The notes under the pieces were generated by a model that had not been told where the DNA came from, did no database searches, and saw nothing but the letters and a program-made list of their open reading frames with translations. Shown here piece by piece: positions 1 to 18,078 of a stretch of DNA of 64,000 bases. Source of the DNA: the human T2T-CHM13v2.0 reference genome, Homo sapiens; the NCBI RefSeq assembly GCF_009914755.1, contig NC_060933.1, one strand, 5' to 3'. Position 1 is the first letter of the stretch. Each line of letters starts with the position of its first letter. A program made the position numbers and the translations under genes.

Positions 1-1009
1 GTGTCTTCAGTGCTCTTTGAAGGTCAAAGATATTTTTTCCTTGTCTTGTATCTTACAAACTACCTTAACACAAGACTTAGAAGCAACATAATGGGCACTG
101 AGCAAAAACTAACTGAACTGATTAATAATCAGTTTCTTGGATAAAGAAGCCACCAATTTATAATGTTGTCAAGCAAAAGGCAGCAGTTTTGCTGTCCAAG
201 TTAAAAATTATTAGAGAAAAGTTCATCAACCTATTCAAGTACTTTAAAGATCTCATCTCTTTATGTCTTCACTTTAAAAGTTAGTTGTTTTTCCTAAGGA
301 AAATTATGCTCAAGATACTCATGCCACAAGATTTCCAGATTCTTCTAGTGAAAGCCTATAATAATAATGAGATTAACTATGTATTTTCTGATCAAGATTT
401 ATTGTCCCTTGAGGTAAACACTGACTTCAGCATTTGCTTGGGTCAATATTTACCACTCAGGTTAATCAATCTTGATGTTCTCTTCAACAGAAGGCAACGT
501 TGGCTGAGTATTATATTTCATTTGCATTACATACAACTATGAGTATGCCAGTCTCCCAGAATGCAGTCTTTAAGAGATAAAAGTTAAAAAGGAACTATGT
601 CTATTCAATCACTCTTCTGCTCATTAAGTTACATTAAAAGCAGCTTCTTGATTGCCTGGAAATCACAAGCTAGCTTAAATGCAGAGATCTCTTCTCTAAA
701 TCCTCCAGCTACATAGAGTTCTATGGATTAAGCTTCATTCTATCATAGCAGCCATTGGAAAGGGGCTGTAAAATGTGGGGCTAATCATAATAGCAACCTA
801 AGGAGAAAAAGGGTCTTGCTTTACAAAAAGCAGGTGGTATTCAACCTTCACAATATCTAGTGATGAGAAGTGATCATTTCTGAGGCAACAATTTTTAAAA
901 ATAATATTTTCGTATTTACCATATGCCTGACACTGTTAACATCTTACAGGTATTAACTTATTTAATCCTCATGAGCACCCTCATGAAGCCATTACCTTTA
1001 CTGTCCCCA

Positions 1010-1440
1010 TTATAAATTCATTCATATATTCATTCAACAATAAACAAGAAATATTAATTGACATTTACTATGTGCAAGACAATTTTAGGCGCTAGACACA
1101 TAGCAAGTAACAAAATAATCTCCCTTTTCTCAAAGAGCTTACATATACTGGCCAAAACTAATTACAACATATACTATGGGTAGTGAGTGTAATGAAGGAC
1201 AATTTATATGTCGTGCTCAGCAGAAAGGTATCACTAATGAGGAGACCTTTTGATGAAGACCTGAGAAAGTAAAACAGTGAACTATTCAGCCATTTGGAGA
1301 AAGAGTCCCAGGCAGAGAAAAATAAACAGCAACTACAAAAGTCTTAAGGCAGAAACATGCTAAGAAATGATGCAAAGGCCTGAGTGGTTGGAGTGAAACA
1401 AACAAGGAGAGGGTGCTAGCAGTAGGTGAGAAGAGCCAGG
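1010..1440 (-). mobile_element. L2 fragment (3' end)
   Basis: cattcattcaacaa...tttactatgtgcaagac-type L2 terminus followed by purine-rich L2 body; boundaries approximate. Confidence 0.6.
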
Positions 1441-1623
1441 CAGTAGTTCTCAAACCCCGGTGCCATTAATTGACAAAATATCAAGGGCCCACTTCCAGTA
1501 TGAGAGAGTAAATAAGTCAAAAAAGGCTTCCCAACTAGAGCAATTAGAAAAACTGGGCAAAACAAACAATAAGTATCTGTTCCTGGGCAATGAAGAATTT
1601 TAAAATCAAGATCTGGGAGGTGA

Positions 1624-1818
1624 GCCTGGCACGGTGCCACATGCCTGTAGTCCCAGCTACTCAGAAGGCTGAGGCAGGAGGATTCATTGAGTCCAGGAGT
1701 TTGAGGTTAAAGTGGGCTATGACTGCACCTGCAAATAGCCACTGGACTCCAGCCTGGGCAACATAGCCAAGCCGTGTTTTCTTAAATAAATAAATTAATT
1801 AATTAAAATAAACAAAAA
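1624..1818 (+). mobile_element. Old Alu monomer (FRAM/AluJ right arm)
   Basis: gcctgtagtcccagctactc...ctccagcctgggcaaca, A-rich tail; TSD-like aagatctgggaggtga / aagatatggaaggtga. Confidence 0.85.
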
Positions 1819-2049
1819 AAGATATGGAAGGTGAAAGAAATTCTCTGCATTGGGGGTTACATTAACCCTAGGGGCATCTTCCTAATCCAGAAGAGGTCAC
1901 TAAGAACTGAAGAGAGTAATGTCAACAGGCTCCCAGGTCTCAAGGAGTCCAAAACTAAGTTCAAGGTCCAAGCAGAGAAGGGCTGGTGAACCCCCCACAC
2001 ACTGGGTTGGGCCTCTGAAATGTTATACACTAGAAGTAAGATGAACGGG

Positions 2050-4220
2050 AAATATTTCTTCATCCTTGTGGCTCTCACAAGGATGAAAGCCCAGCTTCAA
2101 ATTATCTTAATCCCTGACTACACTGAAATGATCTAAGACTGCCAATTTCATTAGTCACCTCCCAGAAACAAATATAAATCCTCCCTGGAGGAAGATATCA
2201 TTACTCTACACTTTAAATTATCTACAATTTCTTATTTTAAAAATCCAGCACTCATAATAACCAGGCACATGAGAAGATATCATGATCAAAAATCAAGAGA
2301 AATCACACACAATAGAAAAAGACCCAAAATGGACCCAGATGATGGACCTTTCAAAAACAAACTTTCTTAAAAATAATTTCAGGCAGAAAATCTGAAACGA
2401 TAAAAGAGCCAAAAATCTATAAATGAAAAATATAAACTAAAACCTGGCAGGCCTGCAAGGGGAAATGACAAATCCACAATAGATGGGAACTGTCAGAGCT
2501 CTCTCAGCAATTAATAACAAACAACATCTGAAAAGCACAATGAACAAGTGACCTGACATGACCTAACACGAAAAAAATATTATGACCCTCAACTGCAGAA
2601 TATACATTTTCAGAGCAAAAAACGACCATGTGCTGGGGCATAAAATAGGTCTCAAGAAGTATCAAAGGACAGAAATCATACAACACATGTTCTTCGATGA
2701 CAGCAGAATAAGTAAAAACTCAAAAACAAAAGAGTTAACTACAAAATCTTCATTTGTCTGCAAATTAAGCAATGACATCTAAATACCCCATGGGTCAAAA
2801 AATTAGGAATAAAAGAAAGTAAAAAATAGCTTTAACTAAATGATTATAAACATACAAATGTCCAAAGACTGTGATGTACATAAATCTGTGCTTAAAGGGA
2901 AATTTACCATCTTAATAGTATATAAAATAAGAGGATGAAAAATCAATGATGTATTCATCCACCTCATAAAGTTTAAAAAGAGCAGCAAATTGAACCCAAA
3001 GAAAGTCATAAGGAAGGAAAACTACAGAAAAGAGCAGAAACCAATAAAACAGAATACAAACATGCAACAGAAGACAATGAATAAAGCCAAAAGTTAATTT
3101 TCCTATAAAGATTAATAAAAATAATAATCCCCTAGGTGAGAGTCATTAGCAAAATAAAATAAGGTACAAAATGTATAAAAGAGGACATTACTACAAATAC
3201 TACAGACAATAAAATGAGGATCTTATAAATTACTTTATTCTAAAATATTTTTAAATTTAGTTGAAATGGATAAATTCTTAGAAAAACATAGCTTACCAAA
3301 ACTGTCCTAAGAAGATGGAAGTCCTATGCTTATTAAGGGAATCAGATCCGTAATTTAAAACATTTCCACAAAGAAAACACACACCAATGGCTTCACTGAT
3401 TAATTCTTCCAACAGTTAAAGAAAAACTAACATCAAATTTATGCAAACTTTTCCAAACAATAGAAAAAGAAGGAATAGGTCCTAACTTACTTTATGAAGC
3501 CAGCATAACATTGAAGCCGAAACACAGGAGAATTGGTGACAAATCTAACACACAAAAACCTGTGTTTTTGTGACTTGCCCACAAAAACCTAAATTTTATA
3601 TATAAATATACACACGTGTATATATATATGATTGTTCATAGAAGCTTCAACTGTAAAAAGCCCAAACTGGAAACTAACTAAATGTCCTACAATAGGTAAA
3701 CAGTTAAATAAACTCTAGCTCATTCATACCATGGAATACTACTGAACAAGAAGGTACAAACTATTGACACACACAACAACTTGGATGGACCCTAAGGGCA
3801 TTATGCTGAGTGTTAAAAAAAAAAATCGCAAAAGGTCACTTATTGTAGAATTCCATTTATATAAAATCACTGAAATTATAAAATTATGGAGATGGGTAAA
3901 TCTTAGTGGTTTCCCGGGATTAGGGATGGCTGAGCAGAGAGAGGCGGGTACGACTATAAAGGGGCAGCATGAAGCAGATCTTAATGGTGTTGGAACAGTT
4001 CTGTATGTTGATTGTGGAGGTGGCTACAGAAATCTACACACGTAATAAAATGGCATAAAACTTACACACACGCACTGTATCACTGTCAATTTCCTGGTTT
4101 TGATATTGTACTATAAATTTACATAGATGCAGCCATCAAGAGAAACTAGCTGAAGGGTAAATGGGATCTCTCCTTATCATCTTTGCAACTATGAATCTGC
4201 AAGTATTTTAAGATAAAAAG
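2050..4220 (+). mobile_element. Ancient L1M (L1MC/ME-like) ORF2 and 3'UTR remnants
   Basis: A-rich degenerate ORF2 motifs (gatgaaatggataaattcttagaaaaaca, ttatgaagccagcataac) and L1M 3'UTR (ccatggaatactac, acttggatggacc). Confidence 0.75.
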
Positions 4221-4229
4221 TTGAAGAGG

Positions 4230-7100
<2,871 letters not shown>

Positions 7101-7239
7101 AAGCATGAAAGTATTGGAGAGATCATTGTATAGCCAAAGCACAAAATGGTAAAGTGACTTGCCCAGGCCATATAACTTTGACAGAACTAGAACAGGAACA
7201 CTGGCAGTCTGGTTCTATTTTATGCTATCAACTGACAAA

Positions 7240-8010
7240 CCAGCAGTTCCCAAACTTTTGAGAAAGATCTTTAAAGTTAAAAAAAAAAAAAACTAAGTCA
7301 CATAATAGTAAACATACTTTTACTATCTAGTGAAGGGGAAAATATAAAACCGAAAGAGTGGTTGTGAATTTGGTGATTGAAATAAAATTTTCTGATACTA
7401 ATCATAAGAATCTAAATATATATATAACATTTTTATTCAATCATTCAATGCACAGACAATGCTTGATGTCACATGGGTATGTAAATCCCTTTCAATAATT
7501 TCTTCACCACTAAGCAAGCACCTGCAGGAAGAAAATGGCCTTCATTCCTCAAGTAATATTAAGCATTGGTTTATAATAATCATAGGGTAGAATCTGGAGG
7601 ATTCTTTCTCCTGAGGAGTTTACAGTGTGAGGCACTGATTCTCAAACTTTTTAGCTCAGGAGTACTTTACACTCTTAAAAAATTATTAAGCACCCGAAGT
7701 GCTATGCTTTGTGGGTAATATCTGTCAATATTGAGCATATTAAAAATAAAACAAAACAATTTTAAACACAAGGATATAGAAAATAAAACATTCCATTAGC
7801 CATCAGAGCAACGATCTCATCACATGTCACATGTAGCCTCTGGAAAACTATACACTTAGGAAAGAAAGAGAGAAAAAGGCCAAAAAAAAAAAAAAACCCC
7901 TTAATATTATTATTACTATTCAACAGCTTTGATGTTGTAGACTCTCTGAAAGTCTTCAGACCCACTGGAATTCTGTCATCTAAATAAACAGACTGGGCAA
8001 CTGCACTATT
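7240..8010. mobile_element. hAT-type DNA transposon remnants (family uncertain)
   Basis: cagcagttcccaaactttt and ctgattctcaaactttttag termini typical of hAT MERs. Confidence 0.5.
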
Positions 8011-8693
8011 TTTGTGATATCTAAAAGTAGAGTAATTTCCATTGTTAGAGGTAGGCTGCATTCCAGGTGAAGAATATCCGGTATTAAATATTCCACTTTC
8101 TAGTTTAAAAGAAGAGAAAGGGAGGGAAAAAAAAATATTTTTGAGGCCTAAGGAAGGCAGTAAGTGGATTCACATTTGAGTATCCACTGTATTCTAGGCA
8201 ACAAGTCAGGCATTTTAACCGGACAAGAGTCAAAAAAATAAGAAAGAGGGTAATATCCCTAGTGAGAGAGATGAGCTAACTGCTCAAGGCCTAAAACTAG
8301 GAAGTGGTGGAGCTATGATTGGAACCCAGGTCATACTGAGCCCAAAACCTACATTTTTTCTGCTGAAACTCTGAATTCAACAGACTAATACAAATGGAAG
8401 ATGGTCCTGAATTTTCCAATATGCTTTTCTTCTCCTCTGTATTTTTCTTTCTTTCTCAGTTAGATAACATTTCCAAGCTTGAGAAAGATAATCAAACTGA
8501 TTAGTGATAGTGATAACGTCTCCTCCTAGCTTATCGCTGATTTCTTCTCCTTAGACCAGGGGTTCTGAAAGTATAGTCTATGCAGTAATGGCATCTGGCC
8601 AACATAGCCAAATGAGTTAGTCACTAATAAGAAAACATGATTATGTTACATCAGCTGACGTTACCTAATAAGAACAGAAGAGAAGAAAGTCAG

Positions 8694-9080
8694 TGTATTG
8701 GTCCATTCTATTTATTGTATTAGTTCATTCTCATGCTACTAATAAAGACATACCAGTGACTGGGTAATTTATGAAGGAAAGAGGTTTAATGGACTCACAG
8801 TGCCATATAACTGGGGAGGCCTCAGGAAACTTACAATCATGGCAGAAGGGGAAGCAAACACATCCTTCTTCACATGGTGGCAGACGTGCAGAGTGAAGTT
8901 GGGGAAAAGCCTCTTATAAAACCATCAGATCCTGTGAGAACTCACTATCACAACAACAGCATGGAGGTAACTGCCTCCATGATTCAATTACCTTCCACCG
9001 GTCTGTCCCACAACACCTAGGGATTACGGGAACTACAATTCAACATGAGATTTGGATGGGGACACAGCCAACCTATATCA
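8694..9080 (-). mobile_element. THE1/MST-type (ERVL-MaLR) solo LTR, same sense as STRBP
   Basis: Minus strand TGATATAGGTTGGCTGTGTCCCC...CCATTAAACCTCTTT...AATACA; 5-bp TSD GTCAG at 8689-8693 and 9081-9085. Confidence 0.93.
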
Positions 9081-9214
9081 GTCAGGAAGAAAGCTTTTTA
9101 TATATGATTTGGATGCACAATTATTAAGTTCCCTAAGTTGTAATGAGAGATGAATCCCATGATTATCTCTACCAGTGCCAACCCCCAACCCTAATAAAAA
9201 ACTTCCATGCTCAC

Positions 9215-9326
9215 CTTCTTTATCAGTAACTGACCAGGAATACTTCTGAAAAGGCTTACTAGATGGAAGGGGGTCCATCTCCAGCACTTTGTAAATCTGA
9301 CCAAAGGCTGATAGTCTGAGTGCATG
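9215..9326 (-). CDS. STRBP: STRBP coding exon 9 (112 nt, [21 protein letters not shown]...DKE-G)
   Basis: tctttag|CATGCA ... AAAGAAG|gtgagc; phase 0 to 1; next exon not found in 1-9214. Confidence 0.97.
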
Positions 9327-9525
9327 CTAAAGAACAAAGTATTATATTTAATCACATTTCAATAGCCATTCATAAAGCCCTTAGAACATCTAGCTAAAAA
9401 GACACTCATAAATTCTGACATTATAACAGCAGAAGTCCCTAACAACACACAAGAAAAAAGTGTTTGAACACAATTGAGAAAATTAAGTTATGTTATTTCA
9501 CTAATAAGTCAGAGTGGCATGCTCA

Positions 9526-9657
<132 letters not shown>

Positions 9658-10297
9658 TCATTTAGAACTGAGTTTAGAATTCGGTAAACTAAAACAAAAG
9701 AGAGATGGCTGGGGAGAATGAAGAGAAAATGAAAAAAAAACTGAGGAACTAAGTTAAAAGTCTGCTCAGTTAAGTGGAGTAAAAAGGACACACTCTCATT
9801 TTCAACATGTTAGCACTTGTATGTCCTTATTTTATACTGGAAGTCACTTGTATATCTAAGGCCCAAACTGAGTCTTACTCTGAGAATTTAGAAACAGCAC
9901 AATGAATCAGCCCAAATCTTAAAAGGGATTACATATGGAAAATAAGACCAAATTTAATTTTTCCAAATTTAAAACCAGACTACAAACAGAATGAACTTCA
10001 TACATTTTAACTAAACATCTGCAATTTCAAATTCAGAGTTCGAGGTAAAGCAAATTCAAAGCAGACACAATATATTATTAGTACCCTTTATGTTAGTACA
10101 TATAAAACACAAATTATAATTATTGAAAAAGAGTTTTATAGCACTTTTCCAACACGCATTCTAGTTGTCAAAATTCCAAGCAAAAGAACTCCTATGCATC
10201 ATTTTCCTGTGTAGAGAACAAACTTAGCATATATTTAGAAAAATAAACTAAACTGAGATTTGCTGATTGTTCTGCTTCCAGAGTTTGAAACCCTTAC

Positions 10298-10409
10298 CAG
10301 GAAGTAGTATTCCAGATGCCAAACACTCCATTACTCGTCTCAAGGCCTCCCCAGCGCCCAAAGGTCTATTACAAGTACCTATAGACTTTTCACATATAAG
10401 TTCTAGTGG
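10298..10409 (-). CDS. STRBP: STRBP coding exon 7 (112 nt, [11 protein letters not shown]...GILLP)
   Basis: cttctag|CCACTA ... CTTCCTG|gtaagg; phase 0 to 1. Confidence 0.98.
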
Positions 10410-11559
10410 CTAGAAGATATTAAATTACAAATTAGTACATGCACCAAGTGTTAAAAGGATTCCAGTTAAATGTGAGCTAACATTTCTATCTACAAGGGAG
10501 GCCAAAGAGTGAAATTCAATTTAACATTTAGGACCCACTTAACATTTTCCCCATGATTATCAACCTTTACCCTGGGAAGAGTTTTTAAATCAAGCAATTT
10601 TAAGATCGTATCTTCAGAAGACATTTTTGTAACAAAAACTTTACATTTATTTACCCAGAAAGGATCACTAGAGAAACTATGGTCTCTAATTCATTTAATA
10701 AAGACTTAACAAGTCCTCATATAAGTTAGTAATAGCTAATAACTAGCCAGTGTACAAAACCCAGCCCACTTAATCTCCCACTTAGGAAGCACACAAACCA
10801 CAAATATTTCAATATAATAATAAGACTTCGTTTCAGACAGCTTGTCTCAAGTATTACCATTAGAATAAACAAACGACCAAATGTCCATGTTCAATAAACT
10901 AAGAACTCATATTTTGTCAAAGTAATCATTGCTACATTCATTTATAAAATGATCTTTCACGGCTTTATTTAAATTGTTTTATAATGTTCTTAAGTTGTCT
11001 TGATTGGAGCAGGCATAATTTCCAAGTTAAGTCAATTTTACAATATATATAAATGATATCCATATGGGGTTAAGTGTACTGTTTGCCTGACTTTAATTAC
11101 TAACATGAACTTATTTGTAAATGTCTCCACTCAAAGAGAAAGCTACAGAGGTATAGGATCCTTATACCGGCCTATTGGGTAATTTTCCTGGTAATGCAAG
11201 GGGACACCAAAAGAGAAGTGGGTCAGCCAAGGAGACTTTTGTGGGCAGCAGGTGAACACTAAGTGATTAACCACCAGTGCAAAGTCAAGTGTAAGAAGAC
11301 ACTCACTTCTAAAAGGTATAAAACCTTTTTGTCAGCAAAAAATATTTCAAGCTCTGTAACATGAATACAATGAGGTAGAAGAGGCAAGTTATATGCACAA
11401 AAGAAGAATTCGCTTAAAAAGATGCTTTATTTTTTTTTCATGGCAAACATACATAATGCATGCCTTAGCTAACTTAGGAGATAGCCATTTTAAAGTAACA
11501 TCTCATTTCTACAGGATTTTCTCTGCTACAGCTTCCAAATTTGCTTTTAGCCATATTTA

Positions 11560-11664
<105 letters not shown>

Positions 11665-12179
11665 CTAAAACAAACAAAATGATTCCAGATATCCCTATTG
11701 AGATCTATTCTTCATTTTGGGCAAGTTCTTTCAAGTGAATACTAAGTAGCAAATTATTCATCAGTTATCAGGCAAACAAAAAAAATCAATTAATCACAAG
11801 TAGTAAAATTAAGGCTTAAAAAGGTACATTTTAAAAATAAAAGGACCATAATATTAAAATTAATTTCGTAGTCTCATGGCAACCCCACTCCAGGCAACTA
11901 CCTAATTTAACCTTTAGCTTTTCTCAGTCATGTTTGATTTTATAAGCAACCATCTGAAATTCAGAATACTAAGCCAAAAAGAATTATAATAAAACATCAT
12001 GAACTATAGAAGCTATACTAGGCACATATCTAAATTAACTCAATTACTCCAACAACCACACTATGAGCTAGAAAGCACCCCTCATTTTATGTAGTACACA
12101 GAAACCAATTAAGTGGCAGGTGTTCCAAATGAAACTTGGACAAACTTTAATAACAATAAGATAGTAAGAAAAAGCCAAC

Positions 12180-12271
12180 CTGAAACCATTTGGCATGTCG
12201 AAGAGACGCCAAGGCGTTCAGGCATTTCTGCCTGTCCAATAAGTCCGGAGGATCTTTCATCGAAACATTTT
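12180..12271 (-). CDS. STRBP: STRBP coding exon 5 (92 nt, [17 protein letters not shown]...AKWFQ)
   Basis: ctgttag|AAAATG ... TTTCAG|gttggc; phase 1 to 0. Confidence 0.97.
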
Positions 12272-13357
12272 CTAACAGTAAAATGGGATAAAGAGAGACA
12301 AATACAATTTGACCAAGCGATTCCTATCAAATTATCAAACAATAAAAAATAAAAAGAATAACAGCATTTGAGTGAACTAATAAGACTCCCAGAAAATTTC
12401 CTCATTTGGCTGTGTTGCTTTTTAAAAAAATTATGTGCACTATGATTATTATTTAAGTAAACAGTCATCAGAGTAGTTCTGTGCACAAATACAATGAAAC
12501 ATGAAAAATTCATTCAGTAAACAAATCAATGACAGCTGCTACTTAAAATCTGGGATCTTATTAAGCATCTATAACATTACAGGGCACAAAATAAGTACAG
12601 AGCACTTTTTCCTTTGGCAGGATGCAAAGAAGGGAAATCTGGGACCAATAGCATTAACAATTTTTTTAACAGAAGAAATTTTAATCTCTAACCATCTTTA
12701 AGGAAAACTGGAAATCAATTATGTCTCATATCAATGAGATATACTGAAAATAAACTGAGGATGACAATTTTTTTACACTAGATAAACTAATTCAACAAGA
12801 TAACCATTAACAGAAACTCCACCCCATGATTGAGAACTCAAGTATCAGTTTGGAATTCCCTATTCTAAACCAAAATTATTAAAATTACAAATATAAAATA
12901 CAGTGAACTACATTTCAAGTTTTACATGCCTTTTAAAAATAAAAAGCAACAAAGAACACTATTTAATTATGGCTATTCAGCTTGCCTTAATAATTTAAAG
13001 TTGGATTAAATGGCCCAAAGCAGCAAATATCCATATTTGAGAAGATGTCACATGACACTAAAGTCAAGTTTAGACAGCCAAATTTATCTCCTCTAAGCTA
13101 CTGAAAAGTAGGCTTTTAAACTTTTGGGATTGGTACATTCCATAAATGCACACAATATGCAAATGCTTCTTGAGTAATAATTCTTTGTTTAATACAATTA
13201 AGTCGGATTTACCATTCTTTTTAAGGATTCTCTTAAATATAAGACAGCCCACTAACACTTCTTCCCAGCATTATCATGATAGTAACATCGGATAGAGGTA
13301 GCGCATTTGTGTGGGCCAACTAATACAATGTATATATTTCTAAATGGGAGACAATAA

Positions 13358-13759
<402 letters not shown>

Positions 13760-15224
13760 TAATGCCAATAGGAAACAAATCTATTAAAGGAAGAACTGTG
13801 GTTCTCTTTACTGGCCATGACACTGTAAAGGCTGAAGTGCTACACACTTATTTTCTGACCAGGTGAGCTCTACACCAGTTATTTGCATTGTTTCCCATTA
13901 ACCACTGCTAACAAAATCAGAATACAATGTTTCATTACTCCCTTTTACTCATAAAATGGGAAGCCTCAAAAAGGATTATTACTCTGATTTATAAATATAA
14001 ACAAATGTACCACGGGTATTCATTTCATAGGTGATATAGCTCAATTTTGTCTTTATAGTGATACAAAATATACAAGTAGCTCACTTTAATGTTTCTATGT
14101 CAAAATGCTTAACTGTGGTCAATACAAGCATCTGTGTAAAGCTCACATATCAGATAAAACAAACTACTGTAAATGAATGTTTACATTCTCTTAAAAGTTA
14201 GACGTAACAAAGGTTGACTAACTACTAAGTAATGTAATCCCAATAAATAGTATGGAACTTGTTTTTTAAGATGTCAATTTTTAAATGAATACTATGACAA
14301 GCTAAATTTTATTCCATCATCTTACCAAGTAGGAATGTCAGGAAGAGGGAGACAATGGAAGAGGGAAGTAACACAGAGGATAGGAAAAGGCAAGGCAAGC
14401 CAAAATTCTTCTTGTACTTTCTAATACTTTCATCCAGGGATCAGAGGTTGTAATTAGCATCTTACTCTGATTGTAACACAGATATTTTTAATGGGAGACA
14501 ATGGCAAAAATATTTTGATAAATTATTTCATCCCAAAGTCAGATTGTAACCACAAACTCTTATTTTAGAAAACTGAGACACTGGCTTGCTACAGACAGTC
14601 AACATTTGAAGACAACACATTCTATGAAAAAGAGATGAAAGGGACAGGCACTGAACAGAAGACTTGCACCAGGTTCCCTTTTCCATCACCATCAGAATGA
14701 CCGTGTTTCTTCATGCTCTGATAGTCAGAAAAGCAAAAGATCCAAAATGGCTTCAATATTCAGGAGGTAGAAAACAGTAGAGGAGATATAATAATTCATC
14801 TCATTTTATCTTTTTCAAAGTTCTTAATATTAAAACAATACAAATTCATATGGTAGTACAGTGCTATTTATAAGCATAGATTGCCTGTTTCCTTTATATA
14901 ATTAATAATATACAGTTTTATGTATGTTTTCATTCCTTTGAAAAAACTTCATTTAATGTGGCAATCGCAAAGCTGCTGCTGGGAAAACACTGCTACCCTT
15001 GGTAGCAGAATCTCAACTTTAATATTTCTGAACTTTAATGTAGGCGTTTAAATTTTGAGGAGGATCAAAACTTTCCTGATAACACATCTTGGAGTTCTTA
15101 ATTAGAAACAATAGAACTGTGAGCCATTTCATTATCTCCTAGAATGACCAGTGAAACAGATAAGAAACAGCATGGGAGGCAGGAGTTGGAAGGTGACAAA
15201 AATGCCAAAAGCAAAGAAATATAG

Positions 15225-15548
<324 letters not shown>

Positions 15549-16202
15549 AGAAATACAGCTTTTAAGAAAATCTATTACTCAGTAACCTAGCATCAGGGCA
15601 TGAAGGTACATACAACATTCTAGCAACAGAAGCACTAGAAAGTCTACTATGCCTAACCATGTTCATTTGGTTAGAGGTTAAATCAGTGACCAGAATCACA
15701 CCATACCACAGGAAATGTTGGTCAGTTTCTCTCAATGCCTTACATGCAAGCTAGCTATCTGTCCCTGTTAACAAAACACCAGCCTGGAGATGGGGCTGGC
15801 AAAAAAACAAAACATGATTGCATTAAACAGGAGTTATATGTCTGGAACCTAGGCTCTTCAAAGTTAAAATAATTGAGCTCAGTATCATGAGGGGCTCCTT
15901 GACAATCAGGATGAAACTGAGCTACTAAGTCTATGCTGACAGAATTTTCTAATTAGCCTAAGAATATCCTGGCAGCCCCTTCTCTCTCAATTCCTTGAAG
16001 CTTTCTGGAGAGAAGACATGCCCCAAACCACTGTCCATGCAAAACACAGGCACATAATAACATAAACAGATAAATGTAGCAATAAGGTAGAACAGAGAAA
16101 GCACTGTTCTCCTAATTTATGTGACTAATGTCACTCGGTATGACTTTTCTTCAGTGGCAGTCTGCCACTGGAAAGACAGTGCCTAAAAGTTTGCCCTGGA
16201 TT

Positions 16203-16592
<390 letters not shown>

Positions 16593-17681
16593 CTACTGCC
16601 TTGACCCTAGCAAGACACATGCTAGTGAATTTCTGCCAAGAAGGGCGAGTTCACACTGGCACCAATATGAAGGGACTCTGAGGCAACTTCTCTGACAGTC
16701 CCTGAAAATCCACCCCAGTACTGAGGAGAGAGGTGTCTCTTAGTCTAAGCCACAAGTGTCTCTGTAGTTTCCTTATCCACCTGGTTTCAAACTGCATTAT
16801 AAATAAGCAGATAATTTATCACCCCCTTCAATAGCAAATATATTTCTAATTTAAAATCACAAGCACCAAAAGAAATTGAGACTCTGTGTGAAGCTCAGAA
16901 TGACCAGATCAGCCTAACCACTCATGCAGTAATCCTAGACAATAATGGGAAGTGGCCTGCATACTAGACGTAGAGTCAGGAGAGCTGGGTAAAATGTGAG
17001 ATTTTCCTCATTTATAAAATGGCAATTAGCTACCCCATAGGGCCATGTGAGGGCTTTTAAAATAAACCATATGTGAGGAAGTGCTTATCACATGGTAGGT
17101 TATAAAAATATCTTAACAGAGATTAATCTTCAATATATATTACTTGAGCTATGAGATGCCCATTAATACTTCTTACACACTGGAGAGTCCTATTTAATCA
17201 GACAATATGCTGACTATGTTAATTCACTTAACAGATTTATAGGGCTTTTTAAAAAATCATCTACTACGTATTAGGTACCCTTAGAGGTGCTAAGGATAAA
17301 GGACAGGCAAAAAGACACCTGAATTATAAGCTATACAATATACCAGGTTTTTATTATTAGCACTGCATAAATCAGTATACTGATTCTAATACTATACATC
17401 ACTGGGTGTTTAAGAGTTTAACTGTGCTTGGGTTGACTTCTTTTGACCTACCATGTGCACATTATTTTCACTGTTACGGCAGTTTGAGTAGGTGCATTCA
17501 ATAAGTTGACTACTACTATTTACTGAGCAACTACTTTGTGCCAGTTATTGTACAAGTCACATTACATAAATTCTCTCACTTAAAACAACTTTCTAAGGTA
17601 TTTATAATCCACAATTTAAAACGAGGAAACCTACCCAAGGTCACACAGCAATAGCAACTAATGGAGTTAAGAGTCAAATAA

Positions 17682-18078
<397 letters not shown>

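Noticed and set aside
858-885. TGATGA...CTGA box C/D-like pair
   Set aside because: Only about 25 nt long with no terminal stem; too short for a snoRNA
8645-8664. Near-palindrome gttacatcagctgacgttac with a CRE-like half site next to the LTR
   Set aside because: Imperfect and short; expected by chance in 64 kb
12109-12513. 134-aa minus-strand ORF over the 92-nt exon
   Set aside because: Different frame from STRBP, runs through both splice sites, and has low-complexity intronic composition
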